This document shows, in pieces, positions 1 through 13,400 of a stretch of 51,436 nucleotides of DNA. This DNA comes from Octopus bimaculoides (Eukaryota), in contig NC_068982.1 in the NCBI RefSeq assembly GCF_001194135.2, forward strand, positions 8,061,624 through 8,113,059, written 5' to 3'. The notes under the pieces were generated by a model. It did no database searches, was not told the origin of the DNA, and worked only from the letters and a program-made list of their open reading frames with translations. A program made the position numbers and the translations under genes. Within the stretch, counting starts at the first letter, position 1, and every line of letters starts with the position of its first letter.

Positions 1-224
1 TAAAAGACACCATTTCGAGCGTGGCCGTTTTCGTGCGGGTGACACGTAAAAGCACCCACTACACTCCCTGAGTGGTTGGCGTTAGGAAGGGCATCCAGCT
101 GTAGAAACTCTGCCAAATCAGACTGGAGCCTGGTGTTGCCATCCGGTTTCACCAGTCCTCAGTCAAATCGTCCAACCCATGCTAGCATGGAAAGCGGACG
201 TTAAACGATGATGATGATGATATA
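1..224 (+). mobile_element. 3' UTR and (GAT)n tail of an RTE-X-like LINE
   Basis: Same sequence as the 3' UTR that follows the LINE ORF end at 31615-31800; ends ggaaagcggacgttaaacgatgatgatg. Confidence 0.8.
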
Positions 225-227
225 TAT

Positions 228-445
228 ATATATATATATATCTCACACTTTATATATATATTTATTTATATATATAAATATATATATGTCTCACACTTTA
301 TATATATATTTATTTATATATATAAATATATATATGTATGTATGTATGTATATCTCTTACTTTATATATATATATAAATGGTATATGTATGTGTGTATGC
401 ATGTGTGTGTGTGTGTGCATATGTGCATATTTATATGTATGTATG

Positions 446-507
<62 letters not shown>

Positions 508-546
508 GCACATAAATACACACACATATATACATGTATCTATATA
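228..546. repeat. (TA)n/(TG)n microsatellite field with a roughly 50-bp tandem duplication (tctcacactttatatata...)
   Basis: Directly visible; it generates the spurious YIYI/CVCV ORFs. Confidence 0.9.
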
Positions 547-871
547 TGACTTGGTATGTATTCAACAGCCAAGGATCGAAGGAAGGAACTATTTATGTTC
601 TGAGATTTGAACTCAGATTATAGAGGGATGAAATTAAATGTTGCAAGGCAATCATCAATGGCGTCTACTTTTTCTGCCACACCTCTGCCTTCACAAAGTC
701 ACTAAGAGAAAAATTAACTGTATTTAGTCATTACTAATCACATTAAACAAATATTTTTAATCACTAGTAAACACATAAACTAATATTGATATTCTTAGAG
801 AATATATAATGAATTATGATGAAGAGGCACAACTGAGACATTTGCAAATAGAGACAAAAATCTTTACTTAC

Positions 872-1109
872 GACAAGCATCTTTGATTGTGTCATTAGAC
901 TGCCAGTTAACAGTGATATTATTTTCAGCACATTCTCTTATATAAGCTTCCATGGCAATGCAAAATGCTTGATAAGAGCCAATTTCACTATTGCACATAT
1001 CCCTCATGCAAAGTTTTTTATATCCTTCTGATGGAACAACGCTTAAACATTCTTTAAATACTGAACTTTCCTCCAAACTTGAGCAGTACGTTGTAGCCGT
1101 TTCTAAGTT
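872..1109 (-). CDS. Exon, C8-2 domain (NLETATTYCSSLEESSVFKECLSVVPSEGYKKLCMRDMC...AFCIAMEAYIRECAENNITVNWQSNDTIKDAC)
   Basis: Acceptor atattctttcag, donor gtaagt, 238 nt, phase 0-1; full canonical C8 cysteine set. Confidence 0.94.
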
Positions 1110-2179
1110 CTGAAAGAATATTATGTGTTAAGATATTTTATTTATTAAGGAAGGAGTAAAAAGAGAAACACAAACAACAGCATATGTTATGCATCATACA
1201 TGTATTTATACACTCTTATAGAAAAATATTTCCAGATCACTTTATCATATAACACCAGAGGAACCTTTGTGCAGTTAAGTATTCAATCTGATCGTCATTG
1301 TAATGGTTGACTATCATTCAATACAACCCTGATCAACATTAAAATGGGATAACATATTTTAAGTATAGAATCCCTTGTCATACAATGGACTCTGCATAAG
1401 CCATGTACGGGGACGAGATCAATAAGATGAGAGGTAGCCATGAGTACAGTAATGGATTTAGTATGCCAGTAGGCATTCACTAGGGCTCATTTCCCAGTCC
1501 CCTCTTATTCATCATTGGCCATTAGATCATAACAGAAGAATTTAAGATTGGCTTCCCCAAGAGACCAGTAAATGCTGATGATTGCATTCTCATACCAGAA
1601 TCTGTAACAGAATCAAAAGAATTCCAAGTGTGAATGCAAAACCTGAAATTGAAGGTCTTAAAGTTAACTTAGCAAAGACCAACATTCTAGTAAGCAGGAA
1701 AACAGATAGAACTCTACCTCCTTCAGGTAAATGGCCCTGCTTAGTATGTAAGAATGGTGTAGGCAAGATTTCCATACGTTGTACTCAGTACAAGCTTTGG
1801 ACACACAAACGGTACTGAGTAATGACAGGAAGGTTAATGGAGAAAGTAGTGTTTGTATGTGGAAAATGCAGAGATGCCATAAAACCAAAGATACATAGGA
1901 AATAGATTTTGTCAAATGCCCTGGAGAGTCGCTAGAGGTAGTAGATAGTTTGTTACCAACACAGCTTAATTAGCCATAGGAATATGTCCTGAAAATGTAG
2001 TTTCTAGAATAAGAATGGGATAGGGAAAGTTCAGAGAGCTATTTACTGCTATTGGTAACAGAAGGTCTCTCTTTCTCTCTCTCTCTCTCATATATATANN
2101 NNNNNNNNNNNNNNNNNNNNNNNNNNNNNNNNNNNNNNNNNNNNNNNNNNNNNNNNNNNNNNNNNNNNNNNNNNNNNNN

Positions 2180-2217
<38 letters not shown>

Positions 2218-4154
2218 AATCCCCAAAATGGAACAAGAATGCAACAGACAACGATAAAACGTCCAGACAGATAGACAAAAACGGACAGGACAGACAAAAA
2301 GAAGGACAGGAAAAAACAAGGATGGGTCATTTGCAGCTTTCTCTCATCAGCCACATATCCAGATCATCCTTACAGTTTTTGCCAGTTACACTTGAGACTG
2401 TTGAAATCTGGCTGGCCCCAAAAGTCTAAGCTAAGAGCATTAAATTTTGGGGGAGAAAGCAAGTGAGTGTGTATATTTTTTTTCTTTGTTGTTGTACACA
2501 TTCGCTTGAAATACAGATAACTGGAAATTTTCATAGAAATGGTTCATCTAGAACTGGGGTCCATAGATAAAAAATGATTGAGAAACCCCTGATCTAGACT
2601 AAACCCAATTTAACAGTTAGTAGAAGGACAAATAGGAATTACTGCTCAAACAATATTTGATTAATCCTTAAACAGTGGGAGAGGGTTGCACGAATGTGTG
2701 TGCCAAATTGACACAAGATGAAAGGAATCACTTTTCCTTAATTGTAATTGTTATAGTCATTTTCAGTTTAAATAAATACAAAAATTACAATAATTGTTAA
2801 TCACTCACACAATAAAATTTACAATCTCATTATTGAAAATTGCCATAGTACATATTCCGTTTTCTTTGATGATGACTATATTCATGTTAAATTTTTGAAG
2901 CATCAATTAATGATGTCAGCTGATTAAAGGTTAATTAAGAAACCGAGTAATACACACATAATATCTTGGCACTCCGTCGCTTACGACGTCGAGGGTTCCA
3001 GTTGATCCAATCAACAGAACAGCCTGCTCGTGAAATTAACGTGCAAGTGGCTGAGCACTCCACAGACACGTGTACCCTTAACGTAGTTCTCGGGGATATT
3101 CAGTGTGACACAGAGTGTGACAAGGCTGGCCCTTTGAATTACAGGTACAACAGAAACAGGAAGAAAGAATGAGAGAAAGTTGTGGTGAAAGAGTACAACA
3201 GGGTTCACCACCATCCCCTGCTGGAGCCTCGTGGAGCTTTAGGTGTTTTCACTCAATGAACACTCACAACGCCTGGTCTGGGAATCGAAACCGCGATCCT
3301 ATGACCACGAGTCTGCTGCCCTAACCACTGGGCCATTGTGCCTCCACTACACACATAATATAATACACACATAATGTAAATATACCAAGTGTAAAATATG
3401 TGTATATAAAACGTATTCCTGCCTGCTTTGCTTATTTTAGAGAAGCTGGAGTAGCTGAAATGTAATAATGCTGCTCTTTTGAATAAAGCAGTTTAGAGTT
3501 TATATAGTGAGTTTAAAGTTTAGTGAAGAGCCTTTTATAAAAAAGAAATTAATAATAACTTACAGAATCGTCTATAAGACATGGGTCCAAATCAGTGTCT
3601 CCTTCTTCTTCTGTAGGGCATGCTGGGCTCATAAATTCTTTGACAAAGTTACTTTTATGCAATACTAAATTATTATAGCTAAAGAAATCATTATTTAAAT
3701 CTGAATCAAAGTTCCCACAGAGGCCAAGCACCTGCAAAACAAAGGCATAATTTCATATGGATTAAGAATAAAGTGAGATTAAATTTTGCTCAAATAGATT
3801 TTATTAATGTATACTAAATACTGATTATTTTATTTCAGTTAAAAATAATTCATCAAATAAATACATAATCTCATAAAAGCTAACAGTGTTGATTTAAAAG
3901 AAACAAGCAATATAACAAATTAAATACCTAAAAGTAATATTCTTTTAGGCTTTTATCTGTTTCAGACATTTGACTAACTATGGCCAAGCTGGAGTACTGC
4001 CTCTAGTTGAACAAGCCACCCCCAGGACTTATTCTTTGTCAGCCTAGTACTTATTCTATCAGTCTCTTTTGCTGATCCGCTAAGTTATGGATACGTAAAC
4101 ACAGCAACATCGGTTGTCAAGCGATGATGGAGGAACAAACACAGATACATATAC

Positions 4155-4205
<51 letters not shown>

Positions 4206-4431
4206 NNNNNNNNNNNNNNNNNNNNNNNNNNNNNNNNNNNNNNNNNNNNNNNNNNNNNNNNNNNNNNNNNNNNNNNNNNNNNNNNNNNNNNNNNNNNNNN
4301 NNNNNNNNNNNNNNNNNNNNNNNNNNNNNNNNNNNNNNNNNNNNNNNNNNNNNNNNNNNNNNNNNNNNNNNNNNNNNNNNNNNNNNNNNNNNNNNNNNNN
4401 NNNNNNNNNNNNNNNNNNNNNNNNNNNNNNN

Positions 4432-4474
<43 letters not shown>

Positions 4475-7400
4475 CAAGGGGATTCTTTCAGTTTCCATCT
4501 ACCAAATCCACTCATAAGGCTTTGGTCAGCCTGAGGCTCTACTAGAAGACACTTGCCCAAGGTGCCACACAGTGGGACTGAACCTGGAACCATGTGTTTG
4601 AGAAGCAAGCTTCTTTAATAACAGTTTTAGTAGATAAGAATGTTATCCTTTATTTAGAATTAATAGTTCTACAGTAAGGCCAGTTCAGTATTGCTTGTTA
4701 AACCAGATGAAATGTTGGGTAAAAGTAATCATATGCATATGCTTCTAAGCTGAAGCTAATAGTCTTAAAAACATTTTCATTCTAATAAAACATACTCTTG
4801 TTTCACCAAAATATAGTAGTTAAAAGTTCAGGTCCTTAAAGATAATACTATTTGGTTAAGATGAAAATAATCTAGCCAAACAGGGATTGTAGCCTCTGCT
4901 TCAAGGAATATGTGCCATGGCTTAAAACGTAAGTATTGATTTGAAATCAGATATCTAGTAACATTAGTTGTTACTATGCAGAGTTTGGTTCATATTACAA
5001 GGTGTAGTCAAAAAGTATCCAATTTTGATTGTTTTTTTGCACAAGATAATAATATGTGAGCAAAATCCACATGGGTATTAGGTGACCCCGTTCTTCCTGA
5101 GTATGTGCAAAAATTTTCGTGTCTGTAGGTCGCACCATTTGCCTGCAGTGACGCGTTGAGTACAGACGTGAAGAGTGTGCTGTGCAATTTTTCTTTTTGT
5201 GTCAAGATGACCGAACACATTGAGCAAAGATATTCTATCAAATTCTGCCAAAAACTTGGTGATACAAAAACCCAAACTGTCAAGAAGATTCAGAAGGCTT
5301 TTGGAGATGATGTTATGGGAGAAAACACAAATAAAAGAGTGGTAAATGAGATAGCCACACATCAGTGACAGTGAACCACATTATGGCAGACCAATGACTA
5401 GCAGAAACGATGAAATGATTGCAAATGTTTGAGGAATAGTCTATGAAGACCATCGTGTGACTATTGAGGAGATTGTTGCCGAAGATGGAATCAGCCATGG
5501 GTCAGTTCAGTTAGTTCATTCCGCCCATGTTGTCCAAGCATTCGTCGTCAAGCAAAACACACCACTTTGTTCATCGGGATTCCTACTGCCCAGACTTGGC
5601 TCCGTGTGGCTTGGCTATTCCCAAAGCTAAAGACAAACACTGAAAGGGAGAAGATTTGAGTCAACAAAGGACATTAAGCAAAATTTGATGGCACAGCTCT
5701 ACAGCATCCCAAAAAGTGATTTCCAGAAATGTTCCCAGCAGCAGCAGGAACGCTGGCAGAAGTGTGTAGACCCCAAAGGCAAATACTTTAAAGGAGACTA
5801 AACCAAAAGGTGTGTTTTTTAATATTACTTGTTTTCTGGCCAAAGGTTGGATACTTTTGACTACACCTCATATTTTGACTCCATTCATTTAGTTTTTGAG
5901 TAGGTAAGAAGTCAACTTTGCTTTGCATCCCTCTGGAGCCAATAACATAAAGTGCCAGTTAAGAACTGGGGTTGATACTATCAAATTATCCTTCCCCTCG
6001 AAATTGTTGGCCTTGTGCCCAAATAAGAAACCATTATTATTATTATTATTATTATTGAGTGAGAGAGCAGTGCATGCCATCAAAGTGACACTGGGATAAA
6101 ATATACGAAGCCTAATATATCCGTCATGACTACCCATCTGATAAGAGTACACTAAGCACATGCACTTGCCTCACAGCCATATATGCGCGACATGGTTATC
6201 TCATGTCAAGATAAACAGCGCATGACCTTGCAGGTGGGGGTCCAGTTAGAATTTCCTACAGGTCAAGTAGCCTGTCCAACTCAAAAGGTCTCTTAATAAG
6301 GGTCGTCTAAGGACTTTGAATAAAACACCAATATTTCCAGAGGTGAATTATCCAAACCCCAAAGAATTCCTCTCAACACATGGCTATGATGCTCCCCCAC
6401 TACTTCTGCTGGTGATCAGAAATGCACATATCGTCAGCCACCAAGGGACATGCTCAACTGGTTAAGGTCAAGCAACTGACAAGCAAATCTGTGGTGTTGA
6501 GCAGAATATTTGCTGTTGCCCATCTTTTATACCAAGACAAGGCAATGTACACGATAACACTTCCAATCAGTTAAGATCAGAAGCCATTATTATATTTGTC
6601 AATATTATTATTACTACCAAGTCTGTCCATCTACGATGAAGGCATAAAATAAGGGAGGAAAATCATAACAACAGTATCTATTGAAAAATGTGTAAATGGA
6701 TTTTAATATCAATATGACTACAAAACTTCTTTGTAGATGATATTTTATGTGTGGTCGACACTAATTTTCAAATTACTGGAGTCCGTTGCTCTACTCATAG
6801 CGATGTATAACTGGCCATATGCAAACATTGGAGTGGGTAAAAATACACCTACACAATCTAAAGCCTGGTCCTGTGCTTTGTTTGTTGGGCATGAGAATGC
6901 CAGTTTTATAGTAAACTGCCTGCACCTTAATTGGAACGGAAACCGGTTATCGGTTGGTATAAGGGGTATCAACAGAACGAACAAGTGTTTACCATTGTGG
7001 GTAAACACCTTCTTCGATAACATTGCTTTGATAACATTGGAATTTAGTTCTGCTACCATGTGTCTTGTTCCATTGCAGTGTCAATTGACTGGATCAAAAT
7101 TCTTAAAGAGCATTATCAGACAGTTTTTTTTGTCAATTTTATTTTATGGAGTGGCAATTCTGATGGATTTAAGTTGTTCAAGAAATCTTGTGGGTGCTGG
7201 TGGTAGTTTTCGTCATTTATTGCAGGGGTTTTCAAACTGTGGTCCACGGACCACAGGGGGTCCGCAAGGACAAGACAGGGGGTCCGTGGACAGCAAATAC
7301 TTTTTATGGGCAATTTGATTTTATATATGTTTCTTAAATCGAAATCTTTTAATTGACAATAAACCTATTTGTTAAATACTGTTAAATAAATAAATGTTAA

Positions 7401-10400
7401 AATATATGTTATTTTAAGCAAATATTTATGTATAAATTTCATAAGCATTTATAAGGGGGTCCCTAAGGTAAAACCTGAAATATAGAGGGGTCCGCAAGTC
7501 AAAAAGTTTGAAAACCCCTTATCTATTGTATCCAAATTACAGTACTCTCGACTTTCTTCAGGGAAGTTGCTAATCATGTGTTCATTCACACTGTTTACCA
7601 CTTCATTGGTTGAGGCGATGACAGCTCGTGAACAATGCCATGATGCGATTTTGGGATCTTTCTCTCAAATCATTAAAGACAAACTTGCACGTTTCAGAAA
7701 TAGATGTACAAAATCTGGCCTAATTTGAATCACATTCCTCAGTGGGTCGGAGAATGAACGTTGTCCGGAACTGATGGCGCTTAAATAGGTTGCGAAAGTT
7801 GCATTTGAAGAATTTCGTACCCTCATGTTTTTCTTTAGACTCCATCACAGATTTCCAGATATACAATGTTTTCAAGGTGGCTTGCACTATTTGGGCTCGA
7901 CTATCCCGTTTAACAACAGGTAGAATCTACTTCCAATCGACTGCAAAAAGAACACATACTCCTCCAAACAGGGATTCGTTCGCTCTGATATCGCGTAGGG
8001 AATGATCCAACCATTCGTAAATGAGCTTGTCGCCTTGGCTCACTTCATTGACTATTATTAGATTGGTCATTCTGAAGAGTTGCGTAGTTGCATCTTGAGA
8101 TGACACATTGCAGTAGGGCGGTGGTGTTATGTTTAGGGGCACTTTGAACCGAGAATGAAATGTCTGGCTCTTGGGCAGCAATGTTCCCGCAATCCCAGAG
8201 AGAGCTGTGGCGAGTATGATTTTTTTCTCTGAATGTAGAAAATCTATGATGGCATTGATAAGATATGCTTTGTTAGTTCCACCACTCGTGCTCAAGGCGA
8301 AAACCTTGTTTTCCTGTCGTTGTAAAACTGAGTTTACAACCATATCAAAGTCGTGCTTTTGGTCAGTATTTAGAGTATTGTAGACGTTAGTAGACACTAT
8401 TCGAAGACTTTCCGAGTCATAGTTATATTCTTTGGCGATAATCTCTGGCATCAGTTAACTGGTTTCGTTATATTTAGGTTGAGGCAGCTGGAAATCTCGA
8501 ACCTTTCCTAGTAGTCCTACCAATTCCTTACTTCCGTTTCCAGCTCATATTGGTGCGGAATGAAGGAAAATTTAATAAAGCATTACACAACTTTATGCAT
8601 ACAATCGTTATTGACAAAGTTCATAATGTTTAGAGATAAGCCAGAGCCATCACAATCATTCCTTAACAAAGTTTATGACAAAATTCAGAGAAGGTTTACT
8701 TCCCTTCGCTGCTTTGATTAGAAGTTATCTCCCCTTAATATATTTTTAACCCCCTGTGTTACAGTTGGCAATACCAGGCTTTGCAGCTGAGGCAACATGG
8801 TCGGAGTAGGTTGAGTGGAACTAAAAATGTGGAAGGGGATGACCTAATATCTTTTTTGCTTAGCTTTCTTATTGATATGAATAAAACATAGATTCAATAT
8901 AAGACTTCAATTGAGATTTTAAACTTTTATTCACAATGCACCTTCCATCTCAGTTCGAGCATAAATTTTTAAATAATATCTGGTATGGTTTTAAAATCAT
9001 CATCATCATCATCACCCATTAACATCTGTATTCCATTCTGGCCTGCAGGAGAGCTGTACCAGGCTCCATTTCTTTGTTTTAGCATAATTTCTATGGCTGG
9101 ATGCCAACCATTTTGCAGAGTGTGCTGGTTGCTTTTTGTGGCACCAACACAGGTGCTTTTTATGTAGCATTGGCACAGGGCTCTTGGAGGTCAGTCCTCT
9201 TCAGCAGGAAGAGTGGCTTTAACATTTCTACGGAGGAAGACTGGACTTATTGAGTTCAGTAAAGCATCAGAAGTCATCTCCATAAGGTTCAGTGTTCTGA
9301 GATGGTCCTTCAGTACTTTGTCTCATGTCTTCCTAAGTACCCCATTTCCATGAGTCCCATCCCCTCTGAGTGAATGGCACTTCTTTATGGAGCTGTCTAC
9401 ATCCATGCACATTACATGACCACACCAGCGCAGTTTCCTCTCTTAAAGCCTGCATCTAATTCCTCTTATGCCTAACTTTTCTCCCAACATACTAGTACTC
9501 TGTCGCACATGTACACTTATATTGCACATCAAGTAGAGCATACTAGTCTCATTGCTCTCTAGCTTTCACATGTCCTCTGCATTCTGGGCCCACATCTCGC
9601 TACCATGTAGAACTGCTGTTTGTATACATGCATCATACAATTTTCCTTTCACTTGGAGAAAAGAGACATTTGGTTCCCAACAGAGGTAAAAGCACTCTGA
9701 ATAGTCTATGTCCTATTCTTATTCTAGCTATTACTGTACATCATCGATATACGAACACTACTTTTTAAAAGCACTACATTTTAACTCCATTCAGAAATGA
9801 ATTTATAAAGTTGTTATTTAAAATATTAATGATAAGAATTAAAATATTAATGATAAGAATAAAAGGACATTAAATAAAATATTTTAAAAATTCTAACGTA
9901 GAAGGTGTTTATAAGCCATTTAAAATAACACACAAAAGCCGTCAGATTCACTTCAACATTTAAATTTAATTTGTCAAAATATTTTCATCGCTTTGAGACC
10001 GCGACCTTTTCACTGACAAAATTCCGTACTGCATGTCAATCACCAGATGCAGCACAGAATTTTGTTAGTGAACAGGTCCCAGTCTCAAAGCGACGAAAAT
10101 GTTTTGACAAATTAAAATTAAATATTGAAATGAATCAAACGGTTTTTGTGTGTTTTTAAATGGCTTATAAACACCTTCCACGCTGCAATTGTTTTTGTTT
10201 TCAGCACAGATCAGGCCACGTGCTATGNNNNNNNNNNNNNNNNNNNNNNNNNNNNNNNNNNNNNNNNNNNNNNNNNNNNNNNNNNNNNNNNNNNNNNNNN
10301 NNNNNNNNNNNNNNNNNNNNNNNNNNNNNNNNNNNNNNNNNNNNNNNNNNNNNNNNNNNNNNNNNNNNNNNNNNNNNNNNNNNNNNNNNNNNNNNNNNNN

Positions 10401-13400
10401 NNNNNNNNNNNNNNNNNNNNNNNNNNNNNNNNNNNNNNNNNNNNNNNNNNNNNNNNNNNNNNNNNNNNNNNNNNNNNNNNNNNNNNNNNNNNNNNNNNNN
10501 NNNNNNNNNNNNNNNNNNNNNNNNNNNNNNNNNNNNNNNNNNNNNNNNNNNNNNNNNNNNNNNNNNNNNNNNNNNNNNNNNNNNNNNNNNNNNNNNNNNN
10601 NNNNNNNNNNNNNNNNNNNNNNNNNNNNNNNNNNNNNNNNNNNNNNNNNNNNNNNNNNNNNNNNNNNNNNNNNNNNNNNNNNNNNNNNNNNNNNNNNNNN
10701 NNNNNNNNNNNNNNNNNNNNNNNNNNNNNNNNNNNNNNNNNNNNNNNNNNNNNNNNNNNNNNNNNNNNNNNNNNNNNNNNNNNNNNNNNNNNNNNNNNNN
10801 NNNNNNNNNNNNNNNNNNNNNNNNNNNNNNNNNNNNNNNNNNNNNNNNNNNNNNNNNNNNNNNNNNNNNNNNNGTTTGGAATAATTTTTTCTAGATTACC
10901 TTTATTCAAGACCCAGCCAGCCATTGATGTATGGCAAAATGATGGTGAAATGGAGGTTGTGATGAAGATTGAAACCCCGCTACCACCATCACCCATGTAT
11001 TACACCATGTCGGGCTGCCCGTGTAACAAGAGTCGATGTCCTATCAATCCAGATTCAAACACTTTTACCATTGCCTGTCCTTTTGCTAATTATCATTCTT
11101 TCCCATTAGTCCCCCCCCCCCAAATTATGTCTTTCTTTTATTCTTACTATCCCTCACTTGATATCACTCTTATCATCACTCATTTTTATTGCTTTTTATC
11201 AATCTCTCACATTCAATGCTCTCTCCTTCATTCATTTCTGATTTACATGTATGCTCTCTTTCTCTCTCCAATCTTATTACTGTTTTACTTCCATTATCAC
11301 TCTCTTGGTTTAGTTCTTTCCTTCATAGCTCTCTTCTATTCATCCTCACCATTATGTTGCTTTGAACAAACAGAGGAGGCAGTGTAATATAGAGAAGACG
11401 CTTAAGTATTGTCAGAAGTTTGCTTGTACCATGATAAAATTCACCCAGTACATTCTTGCAAAGTAGTTGGTGTTAGAAAGGGTACCCATTCATAAAAACT
11501 ATGTCAAAAACGAATGTGAAAGAAAGATGTGACCCTGACTCATCGAAACAAGCAGTGACTCTAAATAAGAACTGTCTCAGACTGTATCAACCCACCCAAC
11601 TTATACCAGCATGGAGAGCAGAAGTATGGTAATGAGAATTTTGATGCTGCTCCAGTATTAATTCAATAAATGATCCTAATTTATTATTTTAAATTGAAAG
11701 CTGGTAAAAATCAAATTTGTTCACTTACTTTTCCACCATAACTTGGATCCAGTTTTATGTAGATTGCTTCACCTACTTCATATGAAATACTGAAATGGTC
11801 ACTTTCAAGCAAGTAGAAGGTATTTGTTACTTTTTTCACAAAAATGTGGCTCCCATAGAAAACAGTTTCATCTTGATATAGGGAATTGACGAAAAGTCCT
11901 GTCGGTTTGATTGTGATAGAATAATGATGCAGCTGAACATAAAGTTGGTTAAAACAGTTGATGTCAGAATTAAATGGAGAAGAACAACTCCCAAATCCGA
12001 GTGATATCTTTAGATCGTTTGTTGTATTTGTAGACTGAAAAGAAGGGAAAAATATTTTTTTATAGTAATCAGAAAGGTGTTTTGTAATTAGATGTAAAAA
12101 ATATTAAAACAATTATTTTTTGAAAGATTTTGTTAATTAATAAATAGAATGATATGAACAGATGAATTACTTGAAAATATGAGTAACTGATGGAAATTCA
12201 AATATCAAACACTAATTGGTAATGCTCATTCATTGAAAATCAAATTGTTAAGAAGGAAAGAGTTGTTTCTTTTAGCCAAAAGATCTTTTACTGTGAAGAA
12301 TTTGAAAATCCTTTTGAAAAACAAGCTATACATATTTTAGAAACATTTTTACTCACATGAACAAGGGTATAGTCACAAGCAGCTGGTGCTATGGTATAAC
12401 CTAATGAATCAAATGTGGTGATAGTGTTTTGCCCAATGAGGCTGCATGTTTTTGGACATTTCTTTTCTGTACATTGCCATTTACTATTTACACATTCACT
12501 GTAAAGTAAAATAAAATTTCAACGATGTAAACAATCAACTTACATTTTTTGATTTAGAAAAGCTTTTTTAAAAGAACTCCAGTTCTGTAGTCTTTAGGTT
12601 AATAAGAAAGCTAAATCTAGATAAATTGTTTATGAGACTAGTTCAGCACATTTTTAAAAATGCTAAAAATAGGACCAAAATTAGCATTTGGGGAAAATTG
12701 CAGGGTATAAAAAGGAAAATAGAGAATATTGAACATATTACCAGTAATTGCAATCCATATATGTGGATGATCCATTTGAGTATTTCTTTCCTTTATATTC
12801 ACATGGACATTCTTCTTCAGTTATGCACCTCCCTTGTTCATAGCGTTGCCTATTTGGGCAATAGCAACCAGGAACACAAGAAAAATCACAGTTCTCTTCT
12901 GCATTCCCACTACCACCACAAAAGTTTGGGCAAGCAGGTCCACAGTCACTATATTCCATTCCTCCAGGACAGTCAGTTGCTAATAAATAAATTAATAATT
13001 TACAATTATTTTCTTTTCTCTAAAAGATTTTCATTGAGCAAAATAACCAAGTACTTAAATTATTAAGTCTACCAATTCCAGTATCAGGATTTAAAACCTT
13101 GCATTCATAAGACACATTAATTATTATTTTTATTTTAGGATAGTCAGAGGCAGACAAGTAGTGCTTGTGGTTTTTGCAAGTGTTCATAAACTAGTAAGAT
13201 TGTGGTGCACACCTTAAAAGATGCAGACCCATGTCTGTTGGAAATATATGAGCAGAGGAGAAGCAAACTTCTTACCACACAGCCATATCAGGGCTATGAT
13301 GACATTTTAAATTCAAAACCACAACCAAAAAAAAAAAAAAACTAGTATGACTGAATGTGTATTTACTTTTTTTTTTTGCTTTTACTTGTTTCAATCATTT

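Noticed and set aside
208-610. ORFs rich in YIYI/CVCV/HTHT (also near 2000, 4100, 30500, 33700 and 46500)
   Set aside because: Translations of (TA)n, (TG)n and (CA)n microsatellites.
10146-11387. Long ORFs of 230-413 aa here and at 23783-24860
   Set aside because: Open only because they run through N-gaps.
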